Shown here: positions 10,840 to 20,987 of the stretch, piece by piece | Numbering within the stretch: the stretch's first letter is position 1 | Layout of the letters: each line of letters opens with the position of its first letter | Assembly (NCBI GenBank): GCA_017435255.1 | Contig: JAFSFI010000010.1 | Span: forward strand, 9,460 to 73,459 | DNA: 64,000 bases | Reading direction: 5' to 3' | DNA from: Bacilli bacterium | Lineage (GTDB): Bacteria; Bacillota_I; Bacilli_A; RF39; UBA660 | Translations under genes and position numbers: made by a program | The notes under the pieces: generated by a model | Seen by the model: only the letters and a program-made list of their open reading frames with translations | Told to the model about the DNA's origin: nothing | Databases searched by the model: none

Positions 10840-11199
10840 ATGTTCGGTGGATGTTGTCATGATAGACAAAATGAATTTAATCAAACTTTTGTAGGTGAAA
10901 ATGATATCAATATGGATATTGATGTGAATATGGCTGGAGGAAACATCAACATGGGAGCTGCTCAAGGCATGATGATGGCTCCTTCAATGATGGGAACAGT
11001 ACAATCTCCGATTATTGAACCAATGCAAGAAAGAGTTGTTCATAGAACAATTTTGCATGATGTGCCTCATGTATGTCCTCAAAGAACTAAAATAGTTAAT
11101 CATCATGTATTTAGACATACTTATAGACCAACACATACTTGTTGCGAGGAAAATACATGTACGAATGTTCAATGCGGTTCTTGTTGCCAATTTAGATAA
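10840..11199 (+). CDS. CotD-like inner spore coat protein (Cys/His-rich)
   Basis: ...VVHRTILHDVPHVCPQRTKIVNHHVFRHTYRPTHTCC... resembles the VHPT/VPH..P..T..VNH..F.H repeat pattern of B. subtilis CotD. Strong RBS AGGAGG. Confidence 0.5.
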   Translation: MFGGCCHDRQNEFNQTFVGENDINMDIDVNMAGGNINMGAAQGMMMAPSMMGTVQSPIIEPMQERVVHRTILHDVPHVCPQRTKIVNHHVFRHTYRPTHTCCEENTCTNVQCGSCCQFR

Positions 11200-11200
11200 A

Positions 11201-11224
11201 AAAGTTCCTATTGGAACTTTTTTT
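11201..11224 (+). terminator. rho-independent terminator
   Basis: Stem AAAGTTCC/GGAACTTT, TATT loop, T-run. Confidence 0.65.
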
Positions 11225-11277
11225 ATTAACTAAATATATGTTACAATCTTATTAGAAATAACTTAGGTGGTGATATA

Positions 11278-12051
11278 ATGATTAAATATAGTGATGAAGA
11301 GGGATTTATAAAAGCAAAGGGAATAAAATTTAGAGAAGGACAAGACAAAAATATAGTTTTGCCTAAAGTAGCTGTTGGGGTATTTTCAAGACATCTATTT
11401 AATGATGTGATAGAGAAATTTAGTTGTAAAGAAGTAGGCTATATTTCGACAGCTAACATGGAAAAAAATGTTTATATTTTAAGATATAAAAATGATGAGA
11501 TAACCTTTTTTATGGCAGGTGTAAGTGGACCATGGATTAGTGCAGATATAGAAGAATTAAGTGCGCAAGGTGTAAAAAAGTTTGTTATATTTGGAAATTG
11601 CGGAGTACTAGATGCAAATATAGAGGATTGTTCTATTATAATCCCTACTATGGCTTTTAGAGATGAAGGTACTAGTTATCATTATTTATCAGATACTGAT
11701 ACTATTGATTTAAACCCTAAATATATTGATGCTTTTATTGAAGTATTAAATAATTATAATTTTGCTTATACTAAGGGCTATACTTGGACTACCGATGCGT
11801 TTTACAGAGAGACCAAAGAAAAAATAAATTGTTTTAAACAAAAAGGTGCTGTGTGTGTTGAGATGGAAGGAGCAGTTATTGCCTCTGTTTGCAAAAGAAA
11901 TAAACTAGACTATTTTACCTTTTATTATGCTGGAGATAATTTAGATAGTACGGAATGGGATGAAAGAAGTTTGTCTGGTTTATCCAATTTAGATAAGAAA
12001 AAGCAAGTGATGCTTTTAGCTTTGGATTTGGCTTTGAAGATCAATAACTAA
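11278..12051 (+). CDS. nucleoside phosphorylase family protein (PNP/UDP_1 fold)
   Basis: ...GAVCVEMEGAVIASV... motif and overall layout of uridine/purine nucleoside phosphorylases. Confidence 0.6.
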   Translation: MIKYSDEEGFIKAKGIKFREGQDKNIVLPKVAVGVFSRHLFNDVIEKFSCKEVGYISTANMEKNVYILRYKNDEITFFMAGVSGPWISADIEELSAQGVKKFVIFGNCGVLDANIEDCSIIIPTMAFRDEGTSYHYLSDTDTIDLNPKYIDAFIEVLNNYNFAYTKGYTWTTDAFYRETKEKINCFKQKGAVCVEMEGAVIASVCKRNKLDYFTFYYAGDNLDSTEWDERSLSGLSNLDKKKQVMLLALDLALKINN

Positions 12052-12085
12052 CAAAAATTACATTGTAAAAAGGGAGGCTATTAAA

Positions 12086-12466
12086 ATGAAAGTATTAACT
12101 GTTAAGAATCCTTGGGCATCCTTGATTGTTGAAGGCTATAAGAAATATGAATTTAGAAGTTGGAAAACCAATTATAGAGGTAAAATATTAATCCACGCCG
12201 GATTAAATATAGAAAAAGATATGCTTCTTAGATTTGACAATTATAATTTGAATTGTGTCAACGGTGCGATTATTGGAGAAGCTGATTTGGTTGATTGTAT
12301 TTTAGTTGATAAAAAACTTAATGAGGATTTAAGAAATATAGATCCAGTTGTATATGGTAAGAGTAATCATGTAGAAACTTATGCATGGAAATTAGAAAAC
12401 ATTAAAAAGTATAAAAAGCCAATTTTTATTAAAGGAAAATTAGGCCTTTGGAATTATGAAAAATAA
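12086..12466 (+). CDS. ASCH domain protein
   Basis: MKVLTVKNPWASLIVEGYKKYEFRSW... is a typical ASCH/PUA-like N terminus. Confidence 0.6.
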   Translation: MKVLTVKNPWASLIVEGYKKYEFRSWKTNYRGKILIHAGLNIEKDMLLRFDNYNLNCVNGAIIGEADLVDCILVDKKLNEDLRNIDPVVYGKSNHVETYAWKLENIKKYKKPIFIKGKLGLWNYEK

Positions 12467-12496
12467 AAACTACGTTATATTAAGCGTAGTTTTATT
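12466..12496. terminator. bidirectional terminator between convergent genes
   Basis: Stem AAAACTACG/CGTAGTTTT. Confidence 0.5.
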
Positions 12497-12519
12497 ATGT
12501 AAACACAGTTGTGTTAAAA

Positions 12520-12720
12520 TTACTTTTCAAAATCATCAAATAAAAGACCAACATTAATGATTCCAGCTAAACCTATAACTGTATAGATTACTCTTGATAC
12601 AACTTCTTCCGCTCCACCAAATAGTGATGCGACTAAATCAAACTCGAATAATCCAACAAGTCCCCAGTTTAACGCACCTATAATCGTTAATACCAGTGCA
12701 ACTTTTTGTAATGTTTGCAT
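12520..12720 (-). CDS. DUF378-family small membrane protein
   Basis: LTIIGALNWGLVGLFEFDLVASLFGG signature. The ATG at 12720 follows AGGAGG; the longer track ORF (to 12762) lacks an RBS. Confidence 0.7.
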   Translation of the reverse strand: MQTLQKVALVLTIIGALNWGLVGLFEFDLVASLFGGAEEVVSRVIYTVIGLAGIINVGLLFDDFEK

Positions 12721-12839
12721 ATTATTCCTCCTTTTTGTCTCGCTCACTATTATGATAGACAATTATTTTAAAATTATTCACGAATAATAGATAAATAGTT
12801 CCATATAATTAAATGAAAATAAAAATTATGGGGTGAAAA

Positions 12840-13844
12840 ATGAAAAAATTAATTATTTTGGGTACAATAATAATAATGTTATTTGTGACTGGATGTGGAA
12901 AAAAAGATGCAGGAGATATTATTAAAGACTTAGATAAAAAAGTTAGTTCAGCTACATCATATCAGGTTGAAGGTAGACTACAAATAACAAATAATGATGA
13001 TACATATAATTATGATGTTACAGTATCATATCAAAAACCAAATAAATATCGTGTAAGTTTAGTTAATACTTCTAATGATCATGAGCAAATAATTTTAAAA
13101 AATGATGAAGGAGTTTATGTTGTAACGCCTTCATTAAATAAAAGTTTTAAATTTCAAAGTGATTGGCCAAATAACAATTCACAGGTTTATTTATTAAATT
13201 CTATAATTAGTGACGTTAACAATGATGGTGATAGGATTTTTGAAGAAAATAAAGAAGGATATATGATCACTACAAAAGTTACTTATCCTAATAATACAAA
13301 CTTAATAAAGCAAAAAATAACAATGGATAAGAATTTAATGTTCAAAACAATAGAGGTTTTAGATTCTAATGATATACCTCAGATGGTGATGAAGTTTAAT
13401 TCTATAGATTTAAAAGCAAATTTTGATGATGATTTTTTTGACTTAGATAGTATTATTGAGCAGATAGATACAAACGTAGAAGAAAAAACAGAGGAATCAA
13501 ACGCTATTGATGATATTATATATCCTTTATATATACCGATGGGAACTTCCTTGGTAGATAAAGAAAAGGTAGCTAAAACAGATGGTGAGAGAATTATTTT
13601 AACATTTGATGGAGAGAAACCATTTTTATTGGTAGAAGAAACAGTAAGTATAGAAGAAGAATTTTCTGTGATACCTACTTATGGCGATCCATTATTGCTA
13701 GCAGATACAGTTGCAGCATTATCCTCAAATTCAATTTCATGGGTTAGTAATGGTATAGAATATTACATTGTATCTGATGCGATGAGTCAAGTAGAGTTAA
13801 TAGAAATTGCAAGTTCTATAAACACTGTCGCAACTATAAAATAA
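12840..13844 (+). CDS. lipoprotein (LolA-like / DUF4367-like fold suspected)
   Basis: Lipobox LFVTGC after a signal peptide. Confidence 0.55.
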   Translation: MKKLIILGTIIIMLFVTGCGKKDAGDIIKDLDKKVSSATSYQVEGRLQITNNDDTYNYDVTVSYQKPNKYRVSLVNTSNDHEQIILKNDEGVYVVTPSLNKSFKFQSDWPNNNSQVYLLNSIISDVNNDGDRIFEENKEGYMITTKVTYPNNTNLIKQKITMDKNLMFKTIEVLDSNDIPQMVMKFNSIDLKANFDDDFFDLDSIIEQIDTNVEEKTEESNAIDDIIYPLYIPMGTSLVDKEKVAKTDGERIILTFDGEKPFLLVEETVSIEEEFSVIPTYGDPLLLADTVAALSSNSISWVSNGIEYYIVSDAMSQVELIEIASSINTVATIK

Positions 13845-13869
13845 ACACTTTTGTGTTTATTTTTTTTTA
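13843..13869 (+). terminator. rho-independent terminator
   Basis: AAACAC-tttt-GTGTTT plus a long T-run. Confidence 0.55.
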
Positions 13870-13903
13870 ATAGGGTGATATAATTTTAACTAGGTGATTA
13901 ATT

Positions 13904-14446
13904 ATGGCAAAAAAAGAAGTAAAAAAAGTGAAAAAGAATAAAAAAACTATTGGAAAGACACCTGCTCATTACGACAGTGAAGTTGTTAGAATAGTAAAAA
14001 TTGCTGTGTCTATCATTATTACTTTTGCTATTGTTTATTTTATTACAGAATTTATAAACGAACAAAGAAATAAAGCTGACAAGCAAGAAGTAGAAATTCA
14101 AAATGTAGAAATTTTAATGGGGGAAACATTTGAAAAAAAAGATAGTGAATATATAATTGTTTATTATGATTTTGAAGATAAAATGTACTCTGAATTATAT
14201 TCAATGTTAGTTGAAAATTATAATTCTGTTAAGTCAGATATTCCTATGTATAAAGTTGATTTATCTACTAACTTTAGTAAAAAATATATGGCAGGGGATG
14301 AAGAAGTTTCTAATATAAATCCAACGTCATTATCCAACTTAAAAGTAAAGGGAGATACTTTAATTAGAATTAAAGATAAGACTGTAATTAAATATGTTGA
14401 AGGAAAAGACAACATTAAGAACTATATAAATGAGATAATTAAATAA
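13904..14446 (+). CDS. membrane-anchored hypothetical protein
   Basis: Lys-rich N terminus, one TM helix, and a soluble C-terminal domain. Confidence 0.5.
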   Translation: MAKKEVKKVKKNKKTIGKTPAHYDSEVVRIVKIAVSIIITFAIVYFITEFINEQRNKADKQEVEIQNVEILMGETFEKKDSEYIIVYYDFEDKMYSELYSMLVENYNSVKSDIPMYKVDLSTNFSKKYMAGDEEVSNINPTSLSNLKVKGDTLIRIKDKTVIKYVEGKDNIKNYINEIIK

Positions 14447-14470
14447 GATGTCATAAAGACATCTTTTTTT
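14446..14470 (+). terminator. rho-independent terminator
   Basis: AGATGTC-ataaa-GACATCT plus a T-run. Confidence 0.65.
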
Positions 14471-14533
14471 GTTTTTTATTTTTTATAACTATGTTAGAAT
14501 ATAAAATATAGATAATAACATAGAGGTGTACTT

Positions 14534-15811
14534 ATGGCTAATATAAAGAAAGAAAACAAAAAAGTAATAAATAAGAAATACAAAGTAAAAGAGACTAAAA
14601 AAAATAAAAATTCTAAAAAGGTTAAAGGGAATTTTAATACTATAGAAGTTATTGCAGTTATGATTATTACTGCATTGTTTGGCGTTTTTATTGGGAGTGT
14701 AGCAACTTACTTTGCAATAAATAGTAGATATAGGGTTAATAATAAAAATATAAAAGAACTTATATCGGTTTATGATGAAGTGGTAGAAGGTTATTATGGT
14801 GAAATAAATGATGAAGAATTGTTAGAAGCGGGAATTAAAGGAATGATAGATTATTTAGAAGACCCATATTCAAGTTATTTGGATTCAGAAGTGTCCAAAG
14901 AGTTTAATGAAACAATAGAAGGTGAATATGTTGGTTTAGGTGCTGAAATTTCTCAAAATTTTGAAACCAAACAATTAACGGTTGTAACAGTGTTTAAAAA
15001 TAGCCCTGCAGAAAAAAGTGGTCTTAAGGTACATGATGTAATTTATAAAGTAGATAATAAACCAGTAGAGGAACTATCTTTAAATGAAATTACTGAAATA
15101 ATAAAGAATGGTGATATTGGTACTACGGTAAAACTTAATGTTAAAAGAGAAGGAAAAGATATTGTTGTAGAGTTTCAAAGAGGTAAAGTTGAACTTACAT
15201 CAGTTACAGGAGAAATAATAGAAAAAAGCAACAAAAAAATAGGATTCGTACGAATTGATGTTTTTGCTAAAAATTCATACAAACAATTCGAAAGTGTTAT
15301 TAATGATTTAAAACAACAAGGAATGGAATCGCTTATTATTGATGTCCGCGATAACAGTGGGGGATATTTGACTACTGTTAAATCTATAGCAGATATGTTT
15401 CTAGATAAAAACGAAGTTATATTCATAGTAAAAGATAAAAACGGAGAAGAAAAACAATTGTCCACTAAGAAAAAATCTATAGATGTTCCTGTAGTAGTAT
15501 TAATAAATGGAGGTAGTGCTTCTGCTTCTGAAATTTTGGCGGCAGCTTTAAATGAAAATTTAGGTGCAGATTTAGTTGGGCTAAAAACCTATGGTAAAGG
15601 TTCTGTTCAAACAACAAAAACATTAAACAGTGGAGCCATTATTAAATACACTATTCAAGAATGGTTAACACCAGCAGGAAAAAGTATAGAAGATAATGGT
15701 GTTTCTCCTACCGTAGAGATAGAGCTTAGTGAAGCTTATTATAATGAACCAACAAAAGAAAATGACAATCAATTACAAAAAGCTCTCGAAATTTTATTGT
15801 TACAAAAATAA
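14534..15811 (+). CDS. S41 carboxy-terminal processing protease (CtpA/CtpB-like)
   Basis: TM anchor, PDZ region, DVRDNSGGY and NGGSASASEI catalytic-serine motifs. Confidence 0.85.
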   Translation: MANIKKENKKVINKKYKVKETKKNKNSKKVKGNFNTIEVIAVMIITALFGVFIGSVATYFAINSRYRVNNKNIKELISVYDEVVEGYYGEINDEELLEAGIKGMIDYLEDPYSSYLDSEVSKEFNETIEGEYVGLGAEISQNFETKQLTVVTVFKNSPAEKSGLKVHDVIYKVDNKPVEELSLNEITEIIKNGDIGTTVKLNVKREGKDIVVEFQRGKVELTSVTGEIIEKSNKKIGFVRIDVFAKNSYKQFESVINDLKQQGMESLIIDVRDNSGGYLTTVKSIADMFLDKNEVIFIVKDKNGEEKQLSTKKKSIDVPVVVLINGGSASASEILAAALNENLGADLVGLKTYGKGSVQTTKTLNSGAIIKYTIQEWLTPAGKSIEDNGVSPTVEIELSEAYYNEPTKENDNQLQKALEILLLQK

Positions 15812-15895
15812 TCCTAAAAGAGTTGTTTTTTCTTCCAAAGGTTTATGTAATTTGTTACAATAATTCTATAATAAAATAAAAAGGTGGTGAAAAAT

Positions 15896-16567
15896 ATGAG
15901 AAACAAAATAACGTGTATGTTAGCTATGATTATAACACTTCTTATGCTTTTAAGCCCAATAGAAGCAAGTGCAGATCAATTGTTTTTTGATAGTACAGCC
16001 TATTCTAAATATGTGAGTGTAGGTTCTGAATTCATTTATTCAGTTAATGTAGGTAAACACTATCCTCACAAATTTAATGGAGTAGTTACATTTGATAATA
16101 GTATTCTAGAAGTTGTTAAAGTGGAAAGTGTTTATGTTGGCGATGATGATGTGACTTCGGGAGAGCAAGGGACTATAACATATAGTGTTAGTGGCAACCA
16201 ATTAATTATTGATTTTAATCCTGCAAAGCAAGAAAATGTTTTGGTGACATTTAAAGTTAAAGGATATCCAAGTGATGGGGCTACTACTGTTAAGGTAAAA
16301 TCAAATGATAATAGATGGTTTGGTGAGCCTTCGGATACAATGACTGTAATTAAACCGAGTGAATGTCCTGGTTGCCCTACTTGTGAAAAGGATGAAACGG
16401 AATGTCCTGTTTGCGAAAAATGTGAGGCTGTAAAAGAAGAGAAAAACGAAAACAAAAACAACGATACTGACAACAACAAAGATAATATACTTCTTTATTC
16501 TGCGCTAGGTGCATGTGGAGTTTTATCAATAGCAGTTTTAGTGTTAGCGTTTAGAAAAAATAAATAA
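15896..16567 (+). CDS. surface protein with cohesin-like domain, Cys-rich linker and C-terminal TM anchor
   Basis: Signal peptide; FDNSILEVVKVE cohesin-like motif; CPGCPTCEKDETECPVCEKCEA; C-terminal hydrophobic helix followed by RKNK. Confidence 0.5.
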   Translation: MRNKITCMLAMIITLLMLLSPIEASADQLFFDSTAYSKYVSVGSEFIYSVNVGKHYPHKFNGVVTFDNSILEVVKVESVYVGDDDVTSGEQGTITYSVSGNQLIIDFNPAKQENVLVTFKVKGYPSDGATTVKVKSNDNRWFGEPSDTMTVIKPSECPGCPTCEKDETECPVCEKCEAVKEEKNENKNNDTDNNKDNILLYSALGACGVLSIAVLVLAFRKNK

Positions 16568-16574
16568 TTATATA

Positions 16575-16606
16575 GCGCGTTTTCTATAAAGAAAGCGCGT
16601 TTTTTT
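16575..16606 (+). terminator. rho-independent terminator
   Basis: GC-rich stem GCGCGTTTTC/GAAAGCGCG plus a T-run. Confidence 0.7.
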
Positions 16607-16645
16607 ATTTTGGTAATAAAAACTAATAAAAACTTCAAAAAAAAC

Positions 16646-16675
16646 TTGTCAAAACACGCATAGATGTGATATACT
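16646..16675 (+). promoter_or_regulatory. sigma-A-type promoter of the S10 operon
   Basis: TTGTCA, 18-nt spacer, TATACT. It is followed by a 5' UTR of roughly 120 nt that is less AT-rich (a possible r-protein leader). Confidence 0.55.
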
Positions 16676-16798
16676 TTTGTTTGTGTGGCATGCTTAGATG
16701 TGTGAGGTTGCTGATACGCCAGGTTAAGTTGGTATAAAAAATCAGGTTATTCATACGGAGCAAGTCTATACTAGATATAGGCGAAGGGAGGACATAAA

Positions 16799-17104
16799 AT
16801 GTCAAACAAAGTTCGTGTTAAACTTCAAGCATATGATCATAGAGTGCTTGATAACGCTACAACTAAGATAGTTGAAACAATCAAAAGAACAGGTGGAGAA
16901 ATTAGTGGGCCAGTACCACTACCAACTGAAATTGAAAAAATCACTATTTTAAGAGCTGTTCACAAATACAAAGATAGTCGTGAGCAATTCGAAATGCGTA
17001 CACATAAGAGGTTAATCGATATCAAAAATCCAAGTAAGGAAACAATCGATGCATTAACTCACTTAGACATACCAAGTGGTGTTGATATTAAAATTAAATT
17101 ATAG
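16799..17104 (+). CDS. rpsJ: 30S ribosomal protein S10
   Basis: Sequence (..RLIDI..) and first position in the S10 operon. Confidence 0.97.
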   Translation: MSNKVRVKLQAYDHRVLDNATTKIVETIKRTGGEISGPVPLPTEIEKITILRAVHKYKDSREQFEMRTHKRLIDIKNPSKETIDALTHLDIPSGVDIKIKL

Positions 17105-17119
17105 TAGGAGGAAACGAAT

Positions 17120-17872
17120 ATGAAAGGAATCTTAGGGAAAAAGATCGGAATGACTCAAGTGTTTACTGAAAATGGTAAATTAATTCCGGTTACTGTTATT
17201 GAAGTAGAACCAAATGTTGTTACTCAAATCAAAACAGTTGAAAAAGATGGTTATGACGCTATTCAACTTGGCGCAGTTACTATTAAAGAGAAATCTAGTA
17301 ACAAAGCTAAGATAGGTCATACAAACAAAGCTAATACAGCTCCTAAGCGCTTCTTAAGAGAAATCAGAGGTGTTAACGTTAATGATTACACATTAGGGCA
17401 AGTTATTAGTGCAGATATTTTCACAAAAGGTGAAATCGTTGACGTTAGTGGAATCAGCAAAGGTAAAGGGTTCCAAGGTGTTATTAAACGTCACAACCAA
17501 AGCCGTGGTCCTATGGGACATGGTTCTCAATACCATAGAGGAGTAGGTTCAATGGGTACTTTACTTCCTATGCACGTATTAAAAGGTAAGAAATTACCAG
17601 GTCATATGGGTAATGTTGCTACAACTATTCAAAACTTAGAAGTTGTATCAATCGACTTAGAAAACAATGTTATCTTAATTAAAGGTAACGTACCAGGTCC
17701 AAAAAAATCTTTAGTTATGATTAAGACTTCAGTAAAAAAAGGTGAAAAAGTAAATGAGATGGAAGAACTTATCTCTTACGAAGTAATCGAAGAAGAAGCA
17801 ACTGTAGAAAATACTGCTGAAGAAGCAGTAGAAGAAGTTGTTGCAACTGAAGAAGTTAGTACTGAAGAATAA
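17120..17872 (+). CDS. rplC: 50S ribosomal protein L3 with an acidic C-terminal extension
   Basis: [15 protein letters not shown]... and operon position. It carries an extra Glu-rich tail of about 40 aa. Confidence 0.95.
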   Translation: MKGILGKKIGMTQVFTENGKLIPVTVIEVEPNVVTQIKTVEKDGYDAIQLGAVTIKEKSSNKAKIGHTNKANTAPKRFLREIRGVNVNDYTLGQVISADIFTKGEIVDVSGISKGKGFQGVIKRHNQSRGPMGHGSQYHRGVGSMGTLLPMHVLKGKKLPGHMGNVATTIQNLEVVSIDLENNVILIKGNVPGPKKSLVMIKTSVKKGEKVNEMEELISYEVIEEEATVENTAEEAVEEVVATEEVSTEE

Positions 17873-17914
17873 TCATCACATAGAAATTGCAAGACTAAAA
17901 ATTAAATGTGATGA
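17873..17914 (+). promoter_or_regulatory. intercistronic stem-loop abutting the rplD Shine-Dalgarno
   Basis: Perfect 9-bp stem TCATCACAT/ATGTGATGA with a 24-nt loop and no T-run. The 3' arm ends immediately before AAAGGAGG. Confidence 0.4.
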
Positions 17915-17929
17915 AAGGAGGAATTAGAG

Positions 17930-18547
17930 ATGAAACAAAAACTTTTAAATATTAAAGGTGAAGAAGTTAAGGACATTAAAATAAATAAAGAAGTGTTTGG
18001 TATTGAACCAAATAACAAAGTTTTACATGATGCAATCATTTTAACAAGAGCGTCATTAAGACAAGGTACTCATAAGACAAAAGTTCGTTCAGAAGTTAGC
18101 GGTGGTGGAAGAAAGCCATGGCGTCAAAAAGGTACAGGTCGTGCTCGTCAAGGGTCAATCAGAGCTGTACAATGGGTTGGTGGAGGAATAGCATTCGGAC
18201 CTCAACCAAGAGATTATAGTAAGAAAATGAATCGTAAGGAAAGAAGGTTAGCGTTAAAGAGTGCTTTAGCTGTTAAAGCAAGTGACTTCATAATTCTTGA
18301 TGAATTAAAAGTTGCTACACCAAAAACTAAAGAAATGCTAGCTATCCTTACAACATTAAAAGTAAATAATGTAAAAACATTAATCGTAGTTAATGAATTA
18401 GATGAAAACATTATCTTAGCTACAAGGAATTTAGACAATGTTACATTGTTAGAAGCTAATGAAATAAATGTATTAGATTTAATTGCTAACGAAAAAGTTG
18501 TTATTACAGAAGAAGCAATCAAGAAAATTGAGGAGGTGCTAGCATAA
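17930..18547 (+). CDS. rplD: 50S ribosomal protein L4
   Basis: [19 protein letters not shown] motif. Confidence 0.97.
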   Translation: MKQKLLNIKGEEVKDIKINKEVFGIEPNNKVLHDAIILTRASLRQGTHKTKVRSEVSGGGRKPWRQKGTGRARQGSIRAVQWVGGGIAFGPQPRDYSKKMNRKERRLALKSALAVKASDFIILDELKVATPKTKEMLAILTTLKVNNVKTLIVVNELDENIILATRNLDNVTLLEANEINVLDLIANEKVVITEEAIKKIEEVLA

Positions 18548-18828
18548 TGAATACAAAATATTTAGAAATTATTAAAGCACCAGTTATTACTGAAAAAAGT
18601 AGTGCATTAGCTCAAGAAGGAAAATATGCTTTTAAAGTAGATCCAAAAGCTAATAAAACTGAAATTAAAGAAGCTATTGAAAAAATATTTAAAGTTAAAG
18701 TAGAAAGCATTTCTACAATTAATGCTAAAACAAAGAAAAGAAGAGTAGGACGTTATACTGGTTTAACAAATCGTTACAAAAAAGCTATTGTTAAATTAGC
18801 AGAAGGTCAAACTATCGATCTTAATTAG
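18547..18828 (+). CDS. rplW: 50S ribosomal protein L23
   Basis: Operon position and sequence. Confidence 0.95.
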   Translation: MNTKYLEIIKAPVITEKSSALAQEGKYAFKVDPKANKTEIKEAIEKIFKVKVESISTINAKTKKRRVGRYTGLTNRYKKAIVKLAEGQTIDLN

Positions 18829-18844
18829 AGGAGGGTAACATAAA

Positions 18845-19675
18845 ATGGCAATTAGAAATTTTAAACCAACTACTAATGCTAGACGTAAGATGTCTACATT
18901 AATAAACGAAGAGATCACTACAAGCACTCCTGAAAAAAGTTTGGTAGTTACTTTAAAGAAAAATGGTGGTCGTAATAACCAAGGAAGAATTACTGTAAGA
19001 CATCACGGTGGTGGAGAAAAAAGAAAATACAGACTTATTGATTTCAAAAGAGATAAAAGAGATATTCCTGGTAAAGTAGCAACAATCGAATATGATCCAA
19101 ACAGAAGTGCAAATATTGCATTAATTAATTATAGAGATGGAGAAAAAAGATACATAATTGCTCCAAAAGGATTAACAGTAGGTATGGAAATTATGGCTGG
19201 TGAAACCGCTGATATCAAAGTTGGCAACAGCTTACCGCTATTAAGCATACCAGTTGGTACTGTAATTCATAATATAGAATTAAAACCTGGAAAAGGTGGA
19301 GAATTAGCAAGAAGTGCTGGAGCAAGTGCACAAATTCTTGGTAGAGAAGGAAGATATGTAATGATTCGTCTATCAAGTGGAGAACAAAGATTAGTTCTTG
19401 GTACTTGTTATGCAACTATCGGTGCAGTAGGAAATGAAGATTACGAATTAGTAAAACTTGGAAAAGCTGGACGTAGTCGTCACTTAGGTATTAGACCTAC
19501 AGTACGTGGTTCTGTTATGAACCCTAACGATCACCCACACGGTGGTGGTGAAGGACGTGCACCAATCGGTAGAAAAGGACCAGTTACTCCTTGGGGTAAA
19601 CCTGCTCTTGGTTACAAAACACGTAAGAGAAAAGCGTCTGATAAACTTATTGTGCGTCGTCGCAATAGTAATTAA
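18845..19675 (+). CDS. rplB: 50S ribosomal protein L2
   Basis: ...[14 protein letters not shown]... motif. Confidence 0.97.
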   Translation: MAIRNFKPTTNARRKMSTLINEEITTSTPEKSLVVTLKKNGGRNNQGRITVRHHGGGEKRKYRLIDFKRDKRDIPGKVATIEYDPNRSANIALINYRDGEKRYIIAPKGLTVGMEIMAGETADIKVGNSLPLLSIPVGTVIHNIELKPGKGGELARSAGASAQILGREGRYVMIRLSSGEQRLVLGTCYATIGAVGNEDYELVKLGKAGRSRHLGIRPTVRGSVMNPNDHPHGGGEGRAPIGRKGPVTPWGKPALGYKTRKRKASDKLIVRRRNSN

Positions 19676-19692
19676 GGAGGATAGAGTTAATT

Positions 19693-19962
19693 ATGGCTAG
19701 AAGTTTAAAAAAAGGACCTTATGTATTCGATAGATTACTAAAAAAGGTACAAGAATTAAATAAAAGCGGAAAAAAAGAAGTATTAAAAACATGGTCACGC
19801 CGTTCAACAATATATCCTGATTTTATTGGACACACATTCGCAGTACATAACGGTAAAGAATTTATTCCAGTTTATGTAACTGAAGATATGGTTGGACATA
19901 AACTTGGAGAATTTGCTTTAACTCGTAAATTCGGTGGTCATGGCGAAAACAAAAAGAAATAA
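19693..19962 (+). CDS. rpsS: 30S ribosomal protein S19
   Basis: [11 protein letters not shown]... Confidence 0.97.
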   Translation: MARSLKKGPYVFDRLLKKVQELNKSGKKEVLKTWSRRSTIYPDFIGHTFAVHNGKEFIPVYVTEDMVGHKLGEFALTRKFGGHGENKKK

Positions 19963-19981
19963 TGACTAGGAGGAAATGAAA

Positions 19982-20314
19982 ATGGAAGCAAAGGCAATCG
20001 CAAAAACTCTTAGAGTATCACCAATTAAAGCAAGATTAGTTGTTGATTTAATTCGTGGTAAAGATGTTAATGTTGCATTAAACATATTAAATAATATGAA
20101 TAAAAAGCCAGCTAGGCTTACAAAGAAAGTTTTAGATTCAGCAATTGCAAATGCGGTTAATAATTTAAAACTAGATGCAAATACTCTATATGTTAAAGAA
20201 GCAAGAGTAGATGCAGGTCCTGTGATGAAAAGACACATGTATGATTCACGTAGTCATATAGGACACAACGATAAGAGAACTAGTCACATTATTATCACTG
20301 TGGCTAGCAAATAA
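19982..20314 (+). CDS. rplV: 50S ribosomal protein L22
   Basis: MEAKAIAKTLRVSP... The ATG at 19982 lies 7 nt from TAGGAGGA; the track's ATG at 19976 is too close to the RBS. Confidence 0.95.
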   Translation: MEAKAIAKTLRVSPIKARLVVDLIRGKDVNVALNILNNMNKKPARLTKKVLDSAIANAVNNLKLDANTLYVKEARVDAGPVMKRHMYDSRSHIGHNDKRTSHIIITVASK

Positions 20315-20331
20315 TCTGATAGGAGGTTAGT

Positions 20332-20985
20332 ATGGGACAAAAGGTCAGTCCAATAGGACTTAGAATCGGTATCAACAAATCTTGGGAAGCTAACTGGTAT
20401 GCTGCTGGTAAAGATTTTTCTAAATACTTAGAAAATGATATTCAAATTCGTAAGTATGTTACTAAGAATTTAAAAGATGCGGCTGTTAGTAAGGTTGAAA
20501 TCGAAAGAAATAATAAAAGAACAGAAGTTATTATTCACACTGCTAAACCAGGTGTTATCATCGGTCGTGGTGGAGAAGAAATAGAGAAAATTAAAAAAGC
20601 TATGTCTAAAATGGTTGGTGAAGATGTTCAAATCTCAATCGTAGACGTAAAAAAACCTGACGTTGATGCAGCATTAGTTGCAGCAAGCATTGCCAATCAA
20701 ATCGAAAATAGAGCATCATTTAGAATGGCTCAAAAAAGAGCGATTAGAAATGCTATGAAAGCAGGAGCTAAAGGAATTAAAACTTTAGTATCTGGACGTT
20801 TAGGTGGAGCTGATATAGCTCGTGGTGAAGGATATTCAGAAGGAACAATTCCACTACACACATTAAGAGCTGATATAGATTATGCACATGCTGAAGCTGA
20901 TACTACATTTGGTAAAATCGGTGTTAAAGTATGGATCTATAAAGGGGAAATTCTTGAAGATAAAAAGGCTAAAGGAGGTAATTAA
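20332..20985 (+). CDS. rpsC: 30S ribosomal protein S3
   Basis: [13 protein letters not shown]... Confidence 0.97.
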   Translation: MGQKVSPIGLRIGINKSWEANWYAAGKDFSKYLENDIQIRKYVTKNLKDAAVSKVEIERNNKRTEVIIHTAKPGVIIGRGGEEIEKIKKAMSKMVGEDVQISIVDVKKPDVDAALVAASIANQIENRASFRMAQKRAIRNAMKAGAKGIKTLVSGRLGGADIARGEGYSEGTIPLHTLRADIDYAHAEADTTFGKIGVKVWIYKGEILEDKKAKGGN

Positions 20986-20987
20986 TT

